Assembly: GCF_006345805.1 (NCBI RefSeq)
Contig: NC_042997.1
Location: 46,748,001-46,812,000, forward strand
From: Octopus sinensis
Lineage: Eukaryota
DNA length: 64,000 nt
Direction of reading: 5' to 3'
The translations under genes were made by a program, and so were the position numbers. The notes beneath the pieces are model-generated. The model was not told where the DNA came from. It saw nothing but the letters and a program-made list of their open reading frames with translations, and searched no databases. Below are positions 25,060 through 38,671 of the stretch, in pieces (the first letter of the stretch is position 1; each line of letters starts with the position of its first letter).

Positions 25060-25325
25060 GATAATCGTAACAGATAGGAAGTCTACATTTCCATTAAGCA
25101 AATCAACAAACAAGGCAAAACAGGAGCGGATGGTCTACCAGCTGAGGTCTATAGGTAAGATGGGGATATTTTAATTGATTATGAACGAACACTAATTGTA
25201 AACGGATGAAATTGCTCACCGTTTCCATAGGAATCTAAACATGCAATACGGTTTTTACTGTACAAGAGTAAAGGTAGAGAATCAAGCCGCGGTAGCTTTC
25301 GTGCTTCATTTTTCCCTGGTATTCT
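25060..25325 (+). mobile_element. RTE-clade LINE fragment (RT domains 0-1)
   Basis: GKTGADGLPAEVYR*DG...HAIRFLLYKSKG resembles the GKAPG.DGIPAE...LYK.KG motif of RTE/BovB-type RTs. Confidence 0.65.
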
Positions 25326-26036
25326 TTCTGCTTTATTGCTTTCCTGATTTTAATTTTACTGCATTGGTGAATTGCTTCCGGTTCTGTTAGCCTTAATTTC
25401 TTCATATCCTGTTTTATTATGAAATGTGAAGAAGGGCTAGAATGTCATTATAGAGCCAGGTTTTGTTCGCAGTTTTAAGGTTGAGGTATAAAGTGCATTC
25501 TGTTAGCATGAATGGGATATATCCTTCTAGCAAGTTAAGGTTGCTTTATAATAACTTTTGTAACCGTATAATTTTAACATTTGTCCACATCGCATCTTAT
25601 GCGTAGATTTTTGCGGATGGTTTGTTAACAGCTTGAACTTGGGTGACATCAACACCGAATAGTGATCCTTCCGGATTTCTACATCCGAGATGTTTTTAGC
25701 GTCGTCTTTATTAAAAACTGAATTTGAACTTTTGAGATCGGAGTACGACGTCGATCTGGTTACATTCTTTAATATAAGTTTTCGTGCAAGTAGTGTACCA
25801 GTTAGAGTAAGCTAGGATGTAAAAGTTGCAGTTAACGGTCAATTGTTTCTGGATTCCTAAAACGCTCTCAGTCATGTGAATCAGGGCCTGCTACAGTCTC
25901 CACACAAAAGATGTGAGTGTTTCTCTCTGGGGCTGGTGTAATCCTATTCTGTGTGTATTCATTGGACTTAGTTTCATCATCGTCGTATTCAAGAGCCGAA
26001 TACATATATGTATGCATCAATGCTTTTATGCATATA

Positions 26037-26581
26037 TAAAGAGAAAAACAACTGGTCTTAAATCTCTGAGCTAGAGACATGTAGTAACAGTACAGAATAG
26101 TAAAGTTTATTTGCCAACAAAATGTGGCAGTCCTATACAAGGACGATGCCACAGTTGTTTAGCCCCAGGGAAAATCTTTTTCAGCTGGTTATCGATTTTT
26201 CCCGAGGCTAAACAACAGTAATATTATCCTTGTACAGGATTGCCACATTCTGTTGGCAAATAAACTTTAATATTCGATACAATTACTGCATGTCTCTCGC
26301 TCAGAGATTTAAAACAAGCTGTTTGTCTCTTTACGTCTGTGCGTCGCTTAAAAAGTACATAGTATAAGCAAGATGAGTGAGCCCCCATCACTATCTTGTG
26401 CTTGTCTTGCACCGTGGTTGGGAAACAACACAGAAACCTAGGTCTGTGAATATCACCAGGCCTAGAGATGGGAGCGATGACTTCCCTTGCTATACGAACA
26501 CAAACTCTGTGTCGATAGCCAGCTGGAAAACATTTTTCGTTGGGATAAACAAAAGTGACATCGTCCTTGTATAGGACTGCC
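26037..26581. repeat. Nested inverted-repeat structure
   Basis: 26037-26148 pairs with 26224-26333 (~110-bp imperfect arms), enclosing hairpin 26154-26216; GGCAGTCCTATACAAGGACGATG (26126-26148) has an exact inverted copy at 26559-26581. Confidence 0.85.
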
Positions 26582-26582
26582 C

Positions 26583-26753
<171 letters not shown>

Positions 26754-27100
26754 TATTAGTCATATGAAGTTGAGACAAACTGTTAATTTGTAACTGCAAC
26801 GAAATGTGTTGAGTATATATTCGTTCGCTTGTGCACTCACTCGTATACACACATGTGCACACGCTCTTCACACGCAACGGGTCACCATACAGGAAAAAAT
26901 ATTATTGTCACTAAATGCGGCTAAAAGCGTCAAGACACCTACACTGCTAGAAATGGAGCGAAAGTGCTTTAATGCATATATATATATGCTCACTGGGGTT
27001 GCAATAGCCGCAAACATCGATACTAGAATTCAATGATTCACTGAATGTTCAATGTCGGCTAATTTTGTAGGGCTTCAGTAGGGACCAGTATATATATATA

Positions 27101-27132
<32 letters not shown>

Positions 27133-27140
<8 letters not shown>

Positions 27141-27357
27141 ACCAGACCATCAGATGTTACACATCGCTGGTCACAATGCGTTCGCATTGTTTTTTATCCT
27201 TCGAATGACACGGCTAAGCGAGCTGGCCAACAGAAGAAAGAGTGGGAGAAAGAGTGGTGAAACAGTACAGCAGGGATCACCTCCCCCCTGCCGGACCCTC
27301 GTGGAGCTTTTAGGTGTTTTTTGCTCAATAAACACTCACAACGCCCGGTCTGGGAAT
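27133..27357 (-). mobile_element. SINE family B tail type 2, head truncated by microsatellite
   Basis: Colinear with 20772-21000. Confidence 0.88.
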
Positions 27358-27422
27358 ATATATATATATATATATATGTGTGTGTATGTATATATGTATG
27401 TGTGTGTGTGTGTATGTGTGTA

Positions 27423-27478
<56 letters not shown>

Positions 27479-28835
27479 TGTATGTATACTGGTATATGCG
27501 TTTTACGTATATTCATATGGTGTATTCAGTGAAATTGGAAATGAAGCGACGAATCGACGAATTACACAATTATCTCACCTGACCATTCTAAATTTTTTCA
27601 GATAACATTTCAAACTATATCGTTAACCCGCCCAGAATTTGGTCTACTTGTATAACTTATCTAGCATTTTATGTATCTTAGTTCTCAGTCTTAATAGGCG
27701 TGGTTCTGTATTTTCTGTTGTTTGCATATGAGAACACGTTAGAAGTGCAGAATAATACTGTAATGCACTACTACAGTAAAATGTTTTACTATATTGCAAT
27801 GTTCTTCTACTAAAGACAAAAGAAAAGTGAATCTACAGAAGATATACGTGTGTATCACCATACATGTCTAAAGCACACGAAAAGAAATAATAGGATTTTG
27901 TGGTATCAATCTGTCTTTCATTTTAGCTGCGAAGACAGAGACAGCTAAGTGGCTTCACGGGCAAATCTACTATTTCTCGAAGAATTACAAGCATCACAGT
28001 GATCTGAACGTGTCCCCCAATAAGGTCAACTTTGAGCGCAAAATCATTTCTAAGGTGGCATTGAATCGCGGTGCTAAAAAGTCTTCAGATAACAAATTTC
28101 AAATCTTATACATCTTTGTAAATGTTCCACATAACCGTTTGATAATAACTGCTGGCGAAATCTGGTGTTTACAACCGTAACCTATTTCAAAGTCGCAACT
28201 CTCCACCAGATTCGGTCTCGGCATGAGTGCCAACTTTTCAGCTACGTTGCCTGCTTTTGACCATATCAACATGGAAGCATTGCAGTTAGACTTCTGTTTT
28301 AGAAATTGATTATATTAGCGTATATTCACAGCAGTTTAAATCTCAGATTACAAACAGGTAATTCTGTAAAGTCACATTTAGACTCATAAACCAATTTTTA
28401 TACGAAAAATAATTTTTGATTCACGTAAGATAAAATCGGTGGGAAATATTGCAGCCATTTCCGCAATATTTACAGCAAATTATTTTCTATGTTAATAATC
28501 TTTTATTTCAAATTTATTATATATTCTACCATAGTTACCGCCTTTATCACTTATATCCTTTTTATTCATTCACCAGCTATCACTATTTGCACATTTGGTT
28601 TAGTTTAGCTTATTTTATCATTCATTACGCATAGAGATCACCCCATTGCTTCATACAGAGACATATATCACTATTTATTTTAATGTCATTTAACTAATTC
28701 ATGTTGATAACCATCAGTAACTCACACTTGTACGGGTATTCATATTCCTTATGCATATCTCCGTGAAAATGTGTGTGCGTATGTATGTATGTGTTGTATA
28801 AATATATATGTATAGATATGTGTATATATATTTTC

Positions 28836-28916
<81 letters not shown>

Positions 28917-28918
<2 letters not shown>

Positions 28919-29292
28919 CTAGCAGTATCGCCCGGCGTTGCTCAAGTTTGTAAGGGAAATAACTATAAAGCATCTTTAGAGAGTTATAGCCAAAAAATAG
29001 CAAAAAAATGGAAAAAAAATTATGGTAAATTTTTTGGGAGATTTAAGAAAGGTGGAGTTGCGTCCCCTAGACAGTTTGTGGTTCGTGTTTCTGATTCTCG
29101 ACCCCATGTCGAATTTATTGATTTTTTTCAGAACTGGGGGAACTTTTCAAAATTTTCGCTGCGTTAGTTTTGAATTACGACATTGGGCTATGTGTGTGTC
29201 AAGTTTCATCAGAATCGGTTGAAAGCCGTGGTCAGGGTGAGGGTACAAGCAAACAGACACACAGAAACACGCACAGACAAACTGCCGTTTAT

Positions 29293-29304
<12 letters not shown>
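28917..29304 (+). mobile_element. Helitron-like non-autonomous element, apparently complete, within (TA)n
   Basis: 5' TACTAGCAGTATCGCCCGGCGTTGCTC; 3' AAGTTTCATCAGAATCGGTT...ACAGACAAACTGCCGTTTATATATAT; no TIR or TSD seen. Family from recall of this architecture. Confidence 0.6.
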
Positions 29305-29336
<32 letters not shown>

Positions 29337-30509
29337 TGTGTGTATGTCTGCATATATATATGCGTGTGTACGTAAAAGTGTTTGTCAGTTGGTATTTATG
29401 TTCACAGGTGAGAATATGAAGACACACCAGTGTCAGCATAGGGTAGAATCACGCATGCGTATGAATACAGATGGATAGGCATGTCATGTATATAGGGTTA
29501 TGCGCATGCACGCGGACATTATATGTTGAGAATCAAACGCTTGAGCAGTGGTAGTAAATACCTGAGTGCATAATGTATATTCCATGAAACTCTGTATGGC
29601 AGTATAAGTATTAATTATATGTAGGCAAGGTAATCCGTGTACGAAGGTAAGAGAATGATCACATGTATACTTGCAGATACAAATATATATGGTAAAGCAA
29701 GAGTGGAAACTTGCAGGAAAATCTATCTTCTTCAACTACTACATGCGGACAAACTACTACATGCGGACATTTATTTGTGCTTTACTGCGATTTGTCAAAT
29801 AGTATCTATATTCATATTTACCAACCATTGTATCACATTTTCTACGTTAATACATCATTTTATTATCTTTAATAATTCATATATCAACAACACCATATGA
29901 CCTCTTCTCGTTGCGTGAAATATTTCCCATATTTCATACAGCACTATGTCAATTCATGATAAAATATAGAAGAAAAGGCATACTTATACCCTCATAGTAT
30001 GTGCAGCCAAGCATTGAAAGATAGAAAAATAATACTAATCCTCAGTAACCATCAAACATCTTTTTTAAACACTCCTACATCCTTCTTAACAAACTTTGCA
30101 GCCATTCCGCATTATTTGCTTATTTCCTTATAAAGATTGTTCAGTCTTTTCCCCGCCAGCGAAATGGTATGTATACTGTTAGCTTTCGCTCTAATCAACA
30201 GTACTGTCCAACGACTGGAAATATGAAGTTTGGTCTAAGATTAAGAGAATATTTTTGCCTCTAATAAGTAAGTTTATCTCGTAAAGAGTATACTCTCCTT
30301 CGTCTTAATGCAGTATTTTGTGTCTCAATACACACCCACGTACACACACACACAAGCGCACACATGCACAATCTTACACATACACACACAAACGTACACG
30401 TGCACAATATTACACACACACACATACATACACACACATAATATACATATATATATGTGTGTGTGTGTATATATATGTGTTTGTGTGTATATATATATAT
30501 ATATGTATA

Positions 30510-30568
<59 letters not shown>

Positions 30569-31458
30569 TTGTGTGTGTGTGTATGTATGTATATATATGA
30601 TGTCGTCTATAGTGCTCGTTTATTTGCTCAGTTTTTACAGAATCGTATTTCGATATTATGCATAGCTTTAACAACAATATTTTCGTATTTTCTTTTGTAA
30701 TCTTAAATTCCTTCGTACAATTCTTTTGGAATAAAGAATCATCGGTTTTTGTTCTTGCTTTAAGAAGACAGTGGATTAAGTGAATATACTAGGTGGCAAA
30801 GAAAATTAGTTACTTGCTGTCACCTATGTCACTTACTGCTGTGAGTTCTGAAACTACTAGAGCCAATTTTGTCTTACGTCATTCTCAGGCAGATAAAATA
30901 AAGGCTGAGGTATTTGAAATAACGGTTTGTGTAGTGCTGGCTCAATATAATCCGACACATGCTCTCACAAGATCTGTGGCCTTCTGCACTTGCACTCATG
31001 TCGAACACATTATTATTGTTGTAGGTTAATGCTCGGTCTTATTTCTCAAATACGTCCTTGGTATCCTTAACGCTCTCGGATTTCATTTTTTTCTCTTATC
31101 TATCCAGTCTTACCCTGCATTCATCTCTTGAACTGAACTCGTTGTTATCATTTTCGACTGATATTACTTTCAAGTTTGTTATTAGGAAACGAAAAAATCA
31201 TGTTTTATAATCACCTGATCAGTGGGTACAAAACCAGCCTAGATTATCTTTTTCCCTGCTGTTCATTGCATAGATATTTTATACGTCGAATCTCGATTTC
31301 GTTTGGAGTCAGTTTCTGTTTGATAGCTTATTCGCATTTGCTAAAATGATATAGTTGTTCAGCATCCTATATATATTTCACCATAAATATAGAATCTCAT
31401 GTGTTAAGTATGTACATATCACATAATATGTGTATATACATGTATATATATATAGGTA

Positions 31459-31508
<50 letters not shown>

Positions 31509-32048
31509 GTATGTATGTATGCATGTATGTATGCATGTATCATAAAGCCATCTCTCAAAACGAGCGCTGCCAAGGCTTCAGATAGTAGATAACTGATCAA
31601 TTCAAGACGTTAAGTCCTGTGAATCTATGCGCGTGTCGGTAATTAACTGCCTATCTACGCAAGCAAAATAACACACCGGCACGCACAGAAATTCGTACAC
31701 GGAAAATACATATACAGAGGTAAATGGATGAATCGAAAGATAAATAGAAGTTGCTCCTTCGGTGTTCCTTCGACTCCATCACAACTTCAAGGCCCAGTCC
31801 CATATATAAAAAGAGACGAAATACCAAATCAAGGGTGGTCAAAAGTTGAACGAAGCACTTGCAATGACACAAATAAATGAAGTTGGACATGATTGAGAGC
31901 AGGGTTAGAGCATCGGACAAAGCGACTTACGCTGCTTGTATTGATATACTACATTCAGAATTGAAATCCCTCTGTTGTCAATTTCCATTTTATTTCACGG
32001 GGGTTTAGAAAAGTATAATATCCATTAAGTAAGTCGCTGAAAATGTGC

Positions 32049-32266
32049 TAGTAGTACCAATAACTGTCGGAGCCCTGGGAGCATAAAGTAAAAATCTTGA
32101 GAAGTACATGGAACAAATAGGAGCTACAATACAGTTGGAGCACTTGCAAAAACAAGATCTATTTAGAACCGCTCATATACTCCGGATGATGCTCGAAAAA
32201 TAAGGGGCGTTAGTAAACAGCTGACACCATAGTACATCACCGGCGTGAGAAGCTGTGCAAAGACAA
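32049..32266 (+). mobile_element. REL-LINE 3' end, family D2, ending in (TAA)n
   Basis: VVPITVGALG...LEHLQK..RTAHILRMMLEK* plus short UTR; homologous to 52981-53215. Confidence 0.85.
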
Positions 32267-32409
32267 TATAATAATAGATAATAATAATAATAATGATAAT
32301 AATAATAATAATAATAATAACAACAACAATAAAAATAATAACAACAATAACAATAACATCAACGACTAAAATAATAATAATATAATAATAATAATAATAA
32401 TAATAATAA

Positions 32410-32453
<44 letters not shown>
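32267..32453. repeat. (TAA)n microsatellite
   Basis: Direct inspection. Confidence 0.95.
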
Positions 32454-32455
<2 letters not shown>

Positions 32456-32760
32456 GTGGCAGATTCCTACCTAGCCCAGATACCAGGTAACCCCAAAATG
32501 ACAGAAATTCAAAACATAGTGCAAATGGGAACTGCCCATATCCTATGTAAAATATTATCTATGTAATCTCAAATTTTAAAGCAAACTTAAAATGTTCTTA
32601 TATTTTCTAAAACATTCTCTAGAACAATACTATGCGCAAAACCAAATATACGACAGTCTAGGCATAACACAAACATGAATTTCTAACTTGTTGTCTCTAG
32701 AGGTCTCTGAGTGCGACTTGAAGCCAAATTGTGCAAATACAAAGCAAACGTCAAAATATA
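32454..32760 (+). mobile_element. REL-LINE 3' end, family D3, between (TAA)n tracts
   Basis: ADSYLAQIPGNPKMTEIQNIVQMGTAHILCKILSM* plus ~190-bp UTR; homologous to 38671-39040 and 50220-50508. Confidence 0.88.
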
Positions 32761-32769
32761 ATATTAACG

Positions 32770-32831
<62 letters not shown>

Positions 32832-32841
32832 TATAATAATA

Positions 32842-32902
<61 letters not shown>

Positions 32903-32907
<5 letters not shown>

Positions 32908-33445
32908 CGGTACCAGCCAGTGGCTCTCATGGCTTAACTGATTGGAAGTGTTATCATGTACATTGTTTTGTCTTGGTATAAAAGATGGGCTATAGCAAAT
33001 ATTCTGCTCAATACCACAGATTTGCTTCTCAGTTGTTTGACCTTAACCTGTTGAGCATGTCCCTTAGTGGCTGACGATATGTGCATCTCTGATCACGAGC
33101 AGAAGTAGTGGGGGAGCATCATAGCCATGTGTTGAGAGGGATTCTTTGGGGTTTGAATAATTCACCTCTGGAAACATGGGTTGTTCTTTCAACATCCTTA
33201 AACAACCCTTATTCAGGGATCTTTTGAGCGGGATGAGCTACTCAACCTGAAAAAAATTCTAACTGGGCCCCACCTGCAAGGTCATGTGCTGTTTATCTTG
33301 ATATGAGATCACCATGTCGCGCACATATGGTTGTGATGCATGTGCCTGGTGTACCCTTATTAGACGGGTAGTCATGATGGGTATATTGGGCTTCGTATAT
33401 TTTACCCCAGTGTCACTTTGATGGCATGAACTGCTTTCTCACTCA
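32903..33445 (+). mobile_element. ~545-bp non-coding (TAA)n-embedded element, copy 1
   Basis: Colinear with 33535-34085 and 50691-51231; (TAA)n on both sides; no tRNA head and no conserved ORF. Strand is assumed from (TAA)n polarity. Confidence 0.9.
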
Positions 33446-33534
33446 ATAATAATAATAATAAAAAGGAGGAGAAAGCATGTAAAAAAAAAAAATAATAATA
33501 ATAATAACAATAATAATAATAATATTAACTGCTG

Positions 33535-34085
33535 TGATGCAGTACCAGGCAGTGACTCTCGTGGCTTCAGATTTTAACTGATTGTAAGTGTTACCATGTA
33601 CATTGCCTTGCCTTGGTATAAAAGGTGGACTACAGCAAATATTCTGCTCAATACTACAGATTTGCTTGTCCGTTGTTTGACCATAACCGGCTGAGCATGT
33701 CCCTTAATGCCTGGCAATATGTACATCTCTTATCATGTGCAGAAGTAGTGGGGGAGCATCATATCCATGTGTTGAAAGGGATTCTTTGTGGTTTGAATAA
33801 TTCACCTCTGGAAACATGGGTGTTTCGTTCAACATCCTTAAACAACCCTTATTCAGGAACCTTTTGATCGCGATGGGTTACTCGACCAGAAGAAAATTCT
33901 AACTGGGCCCCACCTTTAAGGTCACGTGCTGTTTATCTTGATATGAGATCGCCATGTTGTGCACATATGGTTGTGATGCATGTGCCTGGTGTACCCTTAT
34001 CAGACGGGTAGTCATGATGGGTATACTGGGATTTGCATATTTTACTCCAGTGTCACTTTGATGGCATTCACTGCTCTCTCACTCA
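33535..34085 (+). mobile_element. ~545-bp non-coding (TAA)n-embedded element, copy 2 (more diverged)
   Basis: TGATGCAGTACCAGGCAGTG...CTCTCTCACTCA; colinear with copies 1 and 3. Confidence 0.9.
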
Positions 34086-34141
34086 ATACTACTACTACTA
34101 CTACTACTACCACTACTACTACTAACACCACCACCACCACC

Positions 34142-34212
<71 letters not shown>

Positions 34213-34342
34213 TCAAACTGAAAAAAAGAAAGAAGAAGAAGAAGAAGAAGAAGAAGAAGAAAAAGAAGAAGAAGAAGAAGAAGAAGAAGAAGAAGAAGAA
34301 GAAGAAGAAGAAGAAGAAGAAGAAGAAGAAGAAGAAGAAGAA
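34086..34342. repeat. Compound (TAC)n-(CAC)n-(TAA)n-(GAA)n microsatellite
   Basis: Direct inspection. Confidence 0.95.
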
Positions 34343-34520
34343 TGATCCATCCTACTCTAGGCACAAGGCCTGACCTTCGGGGGTGAGTGTTTGTCAATTA
34401 CATTGACTCCAGTGTTCACCCAGTCTTCATCCAGTGTTCATCCACTGTTCACCAGTGTCCACTTATTTTATCGCCCACTACCACCACCACCACCACCGAA
34501 ATGATGAAAGTCTAAGTGGA
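34343..34520 (-). mobile_element. SINE family C, 3' part
   Basis: CTACTCTAGGCACAAGGCC is the reverse complement of the family C tail GGCCTTGTGCCTAGA.TAG; contains a short internal tandem repeat. Confidence 0.7.
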
Positions 34521-34869
34521 ATAGTGCATTTCTAACTTGTACACCAGCTCCACATTCATAAGGCAAACGCAAAGAACTTGACGGATGGTTTGATATTCAC
34601 AACTGTTTCGGTTCGTTATCTAAATCAAAAGACTTGGATGCAAGACAAGAATGGAACGCGTGTGGCAAACAGGCCTCTACAACGTGTTGGCCCCAAACGA
34701 TAATAACTGATCGAACTAATAACGAAGATGATAATTATTAAAGCCAATTATTTTCATCAATAATTACTATCAAATTAAGTGACAACAATAATTACAAACA
34801 TTAAGTTACAATAATCATCAATTGCAAAGGTATTATTATCATCTCTATCGTTTATATTATCAACATCGC

Positions 34870-35073
34870 CGGCGTTGTCATTGCCATCGTTGTCGTTGTC
34901 GTCATCATCACCATCACACTTATCACCATCCGCATCCTCCTCATCATTATCATCGTTATCGTCATTGCCGTCATCATCTACATCATCATCATCATCATCA
35001 CCACCACCACCATCATCTCCACAACGATCATCATCATCATCAACATCTTCACCACCACAATCACCACCACAAC

Positions 35074-35106
<33 letters not shown>

Positions 35107-35278
35107 AATCACCACCGCCACCACCACCATCACCATCACAACGATCATCATCATCATCATCACCACCACCACCAAAACGATCATCATCATCATCGTCATC
35201 ATATTCACTACCACCACCATCACCGCTACAACGATATTCATCATCATCATCATCATCATCATAATCACCACCACAATG

Positions 35279-35342
<64 letters not shown>

Positions 35343-35550
35343 GAAGCAGCAGCATCGTCCTCGTCGTCACCACCGCCACCACCCAGATCTCCTTTTGATT
35401 ATTGCCTTGATGAATCCATAAACATTAACACCAACGTGTGTGTTTCCTGTTTTGCTTAATATCTTTTTTTCAAGTCAGTGAGAATTTATTCAATAGAAAG
35501 TCGTTATTTCCATCGCCACCACCACCATCATCATCATCATCATATACATT

Positions 35551-35600
<50 letters not shown>

Positions 35601-35607
35601 ATACATT

Positions 35608-35642
<35 letters not shown>

Positions 35643-35649
35643 ATACATT

Positions 35650-35684
<35 letters not shown>

Positions 35685-35691
35685 ATACATT

Positions 35692-35726
<35 letters not shown>

Positions 35727-35732
35727 ATACAT

Positions 35733-35767
<35 letters not shown>

Positions 35768-35774
35768 ATACATT

Positions 35775-35808
<34 letters not shown>

Positions 35809-35833
35809 ATCATCATCATCATCATATACATTA

Positions 35834-35874
<41 letters not shown>

Positions 35875-35885
35875 ATACATTATCA

Positions 35886-35923
<38 letters not shown>

Positions 35924-35930
35924 ATACATT

Positions 35931-35965
<35 letters not shown>

Positions 35966-35972
35966 ATACATT

Positions 35973-36007
<35 letters not shown>

Positions 36008-36014
36008 ATACATT

Positions 36015-36046
<32 letters not shown>

Positions 36047-36282
36047 ATAACATTATCATCACCATCATCATTATCATCATCATCATCATCATCGGCAGCA
36101 GGAGCACGATCTTCAACAGCGTTCTTATTTGCAGCATTGTTATCATCATCGCTGTCATTACTATCACATCCATTCTGATTTTTCGCTTATCTTCCTACTC
36201 CGCCTCTTCCACCTCATTATCCTCAACATAATCACTACTGCTACTACCATCATTTTCATAATTATCATCATCATCATCGTCG

Positions 36283-36315
<33 letters not shown>

Positions 36316-36930
36316 CCACCACCGCCAACACCACCACCATCATCATCATCATCGTCATCATCATCACCACCATCACCACCAACACCACCAACACCACCAA
36401 CATCATCATCATCATCATCATCATCGTCGTCGTCGTCGTCGTCATCATAATCAACATCATCATTTTTTACAAAGCATCACAGTTATTACGATAATCATCA
36501 GTGCCACTACAAAGCATCATCATCTCTAAAGCAATAATTACGATGTCATCATCAACTTCATCATCATCATCATCATTTTCATCATCACCGTTGTGGCCGA
36601 CGTGTTGGTAATCATCATCATCACCAGTATTATTTCCACTCGCACCACCACCGTCACCATCACTGTCATCACCACCGCTACCACCAACACCACCACCGCC
36701 ACCAGCACCACGACCACCACAACCACCAGCGCCACTACCACCATCACCACCACAGCAACAACAACCACCATCACCACAACCTCCACCGCCAACGCCAGCG
36801 CTACCACCATCTTAAATGCTCTACCGCAAATACCGCGACTACAAGGACCGCTACCTTTTTCGCCGCGTAACACCTCCACATAAACATCATCATCATCATT
36901 ATCACCACCATCATCATCATTGCGATTATT
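34870..36930. repeat. Large (CAT)n/(CAC)n trinucleotide field
   Basis: Direct inspection; source of poly-His/Ser/Ile/Met/Asp ORFs. Confidence 0.95.
35530..36060. repeat. Higher-order minisatellite [(ATC)n-ATATACATT] x ~12
   Basis: ATATACATT (or a 1-nt variant) recurs at about 35542, 35599, 35641, 35683, 35725, 35766, 35824, 35873, 35922, 35964, 36006 and 36045; spacing is mostly ~42 bp. Confidence 0.9.
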
Positions 36931-37363
36931 CATCATTACCGTTCCCTGCGGCGTCGTGTGGTATGTCACAGATCACAGACATCACCTCCCATAACACGTA
37001 ACACACAACGCCACGAGCATAATATAGCGAAGTTGTTGCCAGCCTTGTTTTTCTACCAAACCTTCAAAGTATATATGCATGATGAATCGATGCCATTTTT
37101 TAGTAACAATATTTAGTCTTTATTTATATGATTTACTTAAGTCTATTTTTTCCTTCCATTTTTTGTTTTATTATTATTCATTATTTATTGCTTATGTTTT
37201 GTTGTGTTGTGTTTTGCTTGTAGTCAGAGTGAATTTATTGAATGGTATATCTTTCAAGTGTCGTTTAAAAGTCAAGCAAAGAAACTCACTTTCTTAGCGA
37301 TATACACAAAAGCATTGAAACACACCCACACGGATTCATATGCATAGATATTATATAGATAAG

Positions 37364-37407
<44 letters not shown>

Positions 37408-37869
37408 TAGTGGCACACAATGATACGCACACGCATATGCTTCCAAAGTTATAAACTATAAAGAATAAAGCAATAATTTCTGAAGTATACTCTATGTAGA
37501 AATACGTACCTGCATAAATACAATATAAGTAAGTACATAAATAATGCATACAAACACCTTGATACTTTCTTAGATAGATACATATATACATACATATATA
37601 CATATATATATATATACATATATATATGTATGCACATAGATACACATATGTACATGCATGCATAAATGCTTATAAATGTATGTATAATGCAAACGTACAC
37701 AAACGCATATATATCAATACGGACTAACAAGTATATATATATATGTACGTATGATTATAAAATGCACACAGACGCATACATACATACATGTATACACACA
37801 CGACACAAGAATTCATTCTCATATTTTGTCTCTGTCGGTTATAAAGTCAAAGACTTAGTCAATATATAA

Positions 37870-37903
<34 letters not shown>

Positions 37904-38129
37904 ATATGTATTTGTGTGTGTGTGTGTGCGTATGTATGTAGGTTTCTATGTATAAAAGTATATATAGTGTTCTAGAATTACGTAAATCTTTGAATATATT
38001 TTGTCTAGGTATGTGTTATGTGTGTTTGCAAAGCTTGTTATGCACTCTTCCGTTTTAAAGAACAAAGAAGCGATAAAGCTATGAGCAGCAAATATATACA
38101 CCAACTCCATCGAGAATATCAAAACATAA

Positions 38130-38360
38130 TAACAAAGCTGCTGCTGCTGCTGCTACGAGAACAGCGGCTACTGCTACTACTACTGCTACTACTACTACTA
38201 GTACTACTACTACTACTACTACTATACTACTACTACTACTTACTACTACTACTACTACTATACTACTACTACTACTACTATACTACTACTATACTACTAC
38301 TACTACTACTAATACTAATAATAATAATAAAAATATTAATAATAATAATAATAATAATAA
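38130..38360. repeat. Compound (CTG)n-(CTA)n-(TAA)n microsatellite
   Basis: Direct inspection. Confidence 0.95.
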
Positions 38361-38563
38361 TAGCAATTTTGCCACAAGGGCAGCAAGTTTGGGGTTAAGT
38401 CGATCAGATCGTCACCAGTACCCAATTGTTACTTAAATCATCGATCCCGAAAGTATGAAAGGCACAGTCGAGCTCGGCCAAATTTGAACTCAGAAGGTAA
38501 CGACGGGCAAAATACCGCTAAGCATTCGGGCCGATGTGTTAAAGATTCTGCCAGCTCGCCACC
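38361..38563 (-). mobile_element. SINE family C, full length, inside (TAA)n
   Basis: Minus head GGTGGCGAGCTGGCAGAATC...GAGTTCAAATTTGGCCGAGCTCGAC...CTTTCATACTTTCGGGATCGAT. Confidence 0.85.
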
Positions 38564-38605
38564 TAAATAATATAATAATAATAATATAATAATAATAATA
38601 AAAAT

Positions 38606-38670
<65 letters not shown>

Positions 38671-38671
<1 letters not shown>

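Noticed and set aside
35530-36060. CRISPR-like regularly spaced array
   Set aside because: The constant part is only 9 nt, the spacers are identical (ATC)n rather than unique, the context is eukaryotic and there are no cas genes.
34822-36178. Poly-His ORFs as histidine-rich cephalopod structural (beak) proteins
   Set aside because: No signal peptide or Gly/Ala-His repeat grammar; equally long poly-Ser/Ile/Met/Asp ORFs occur in other frames and 1-nt indels break frame freely.
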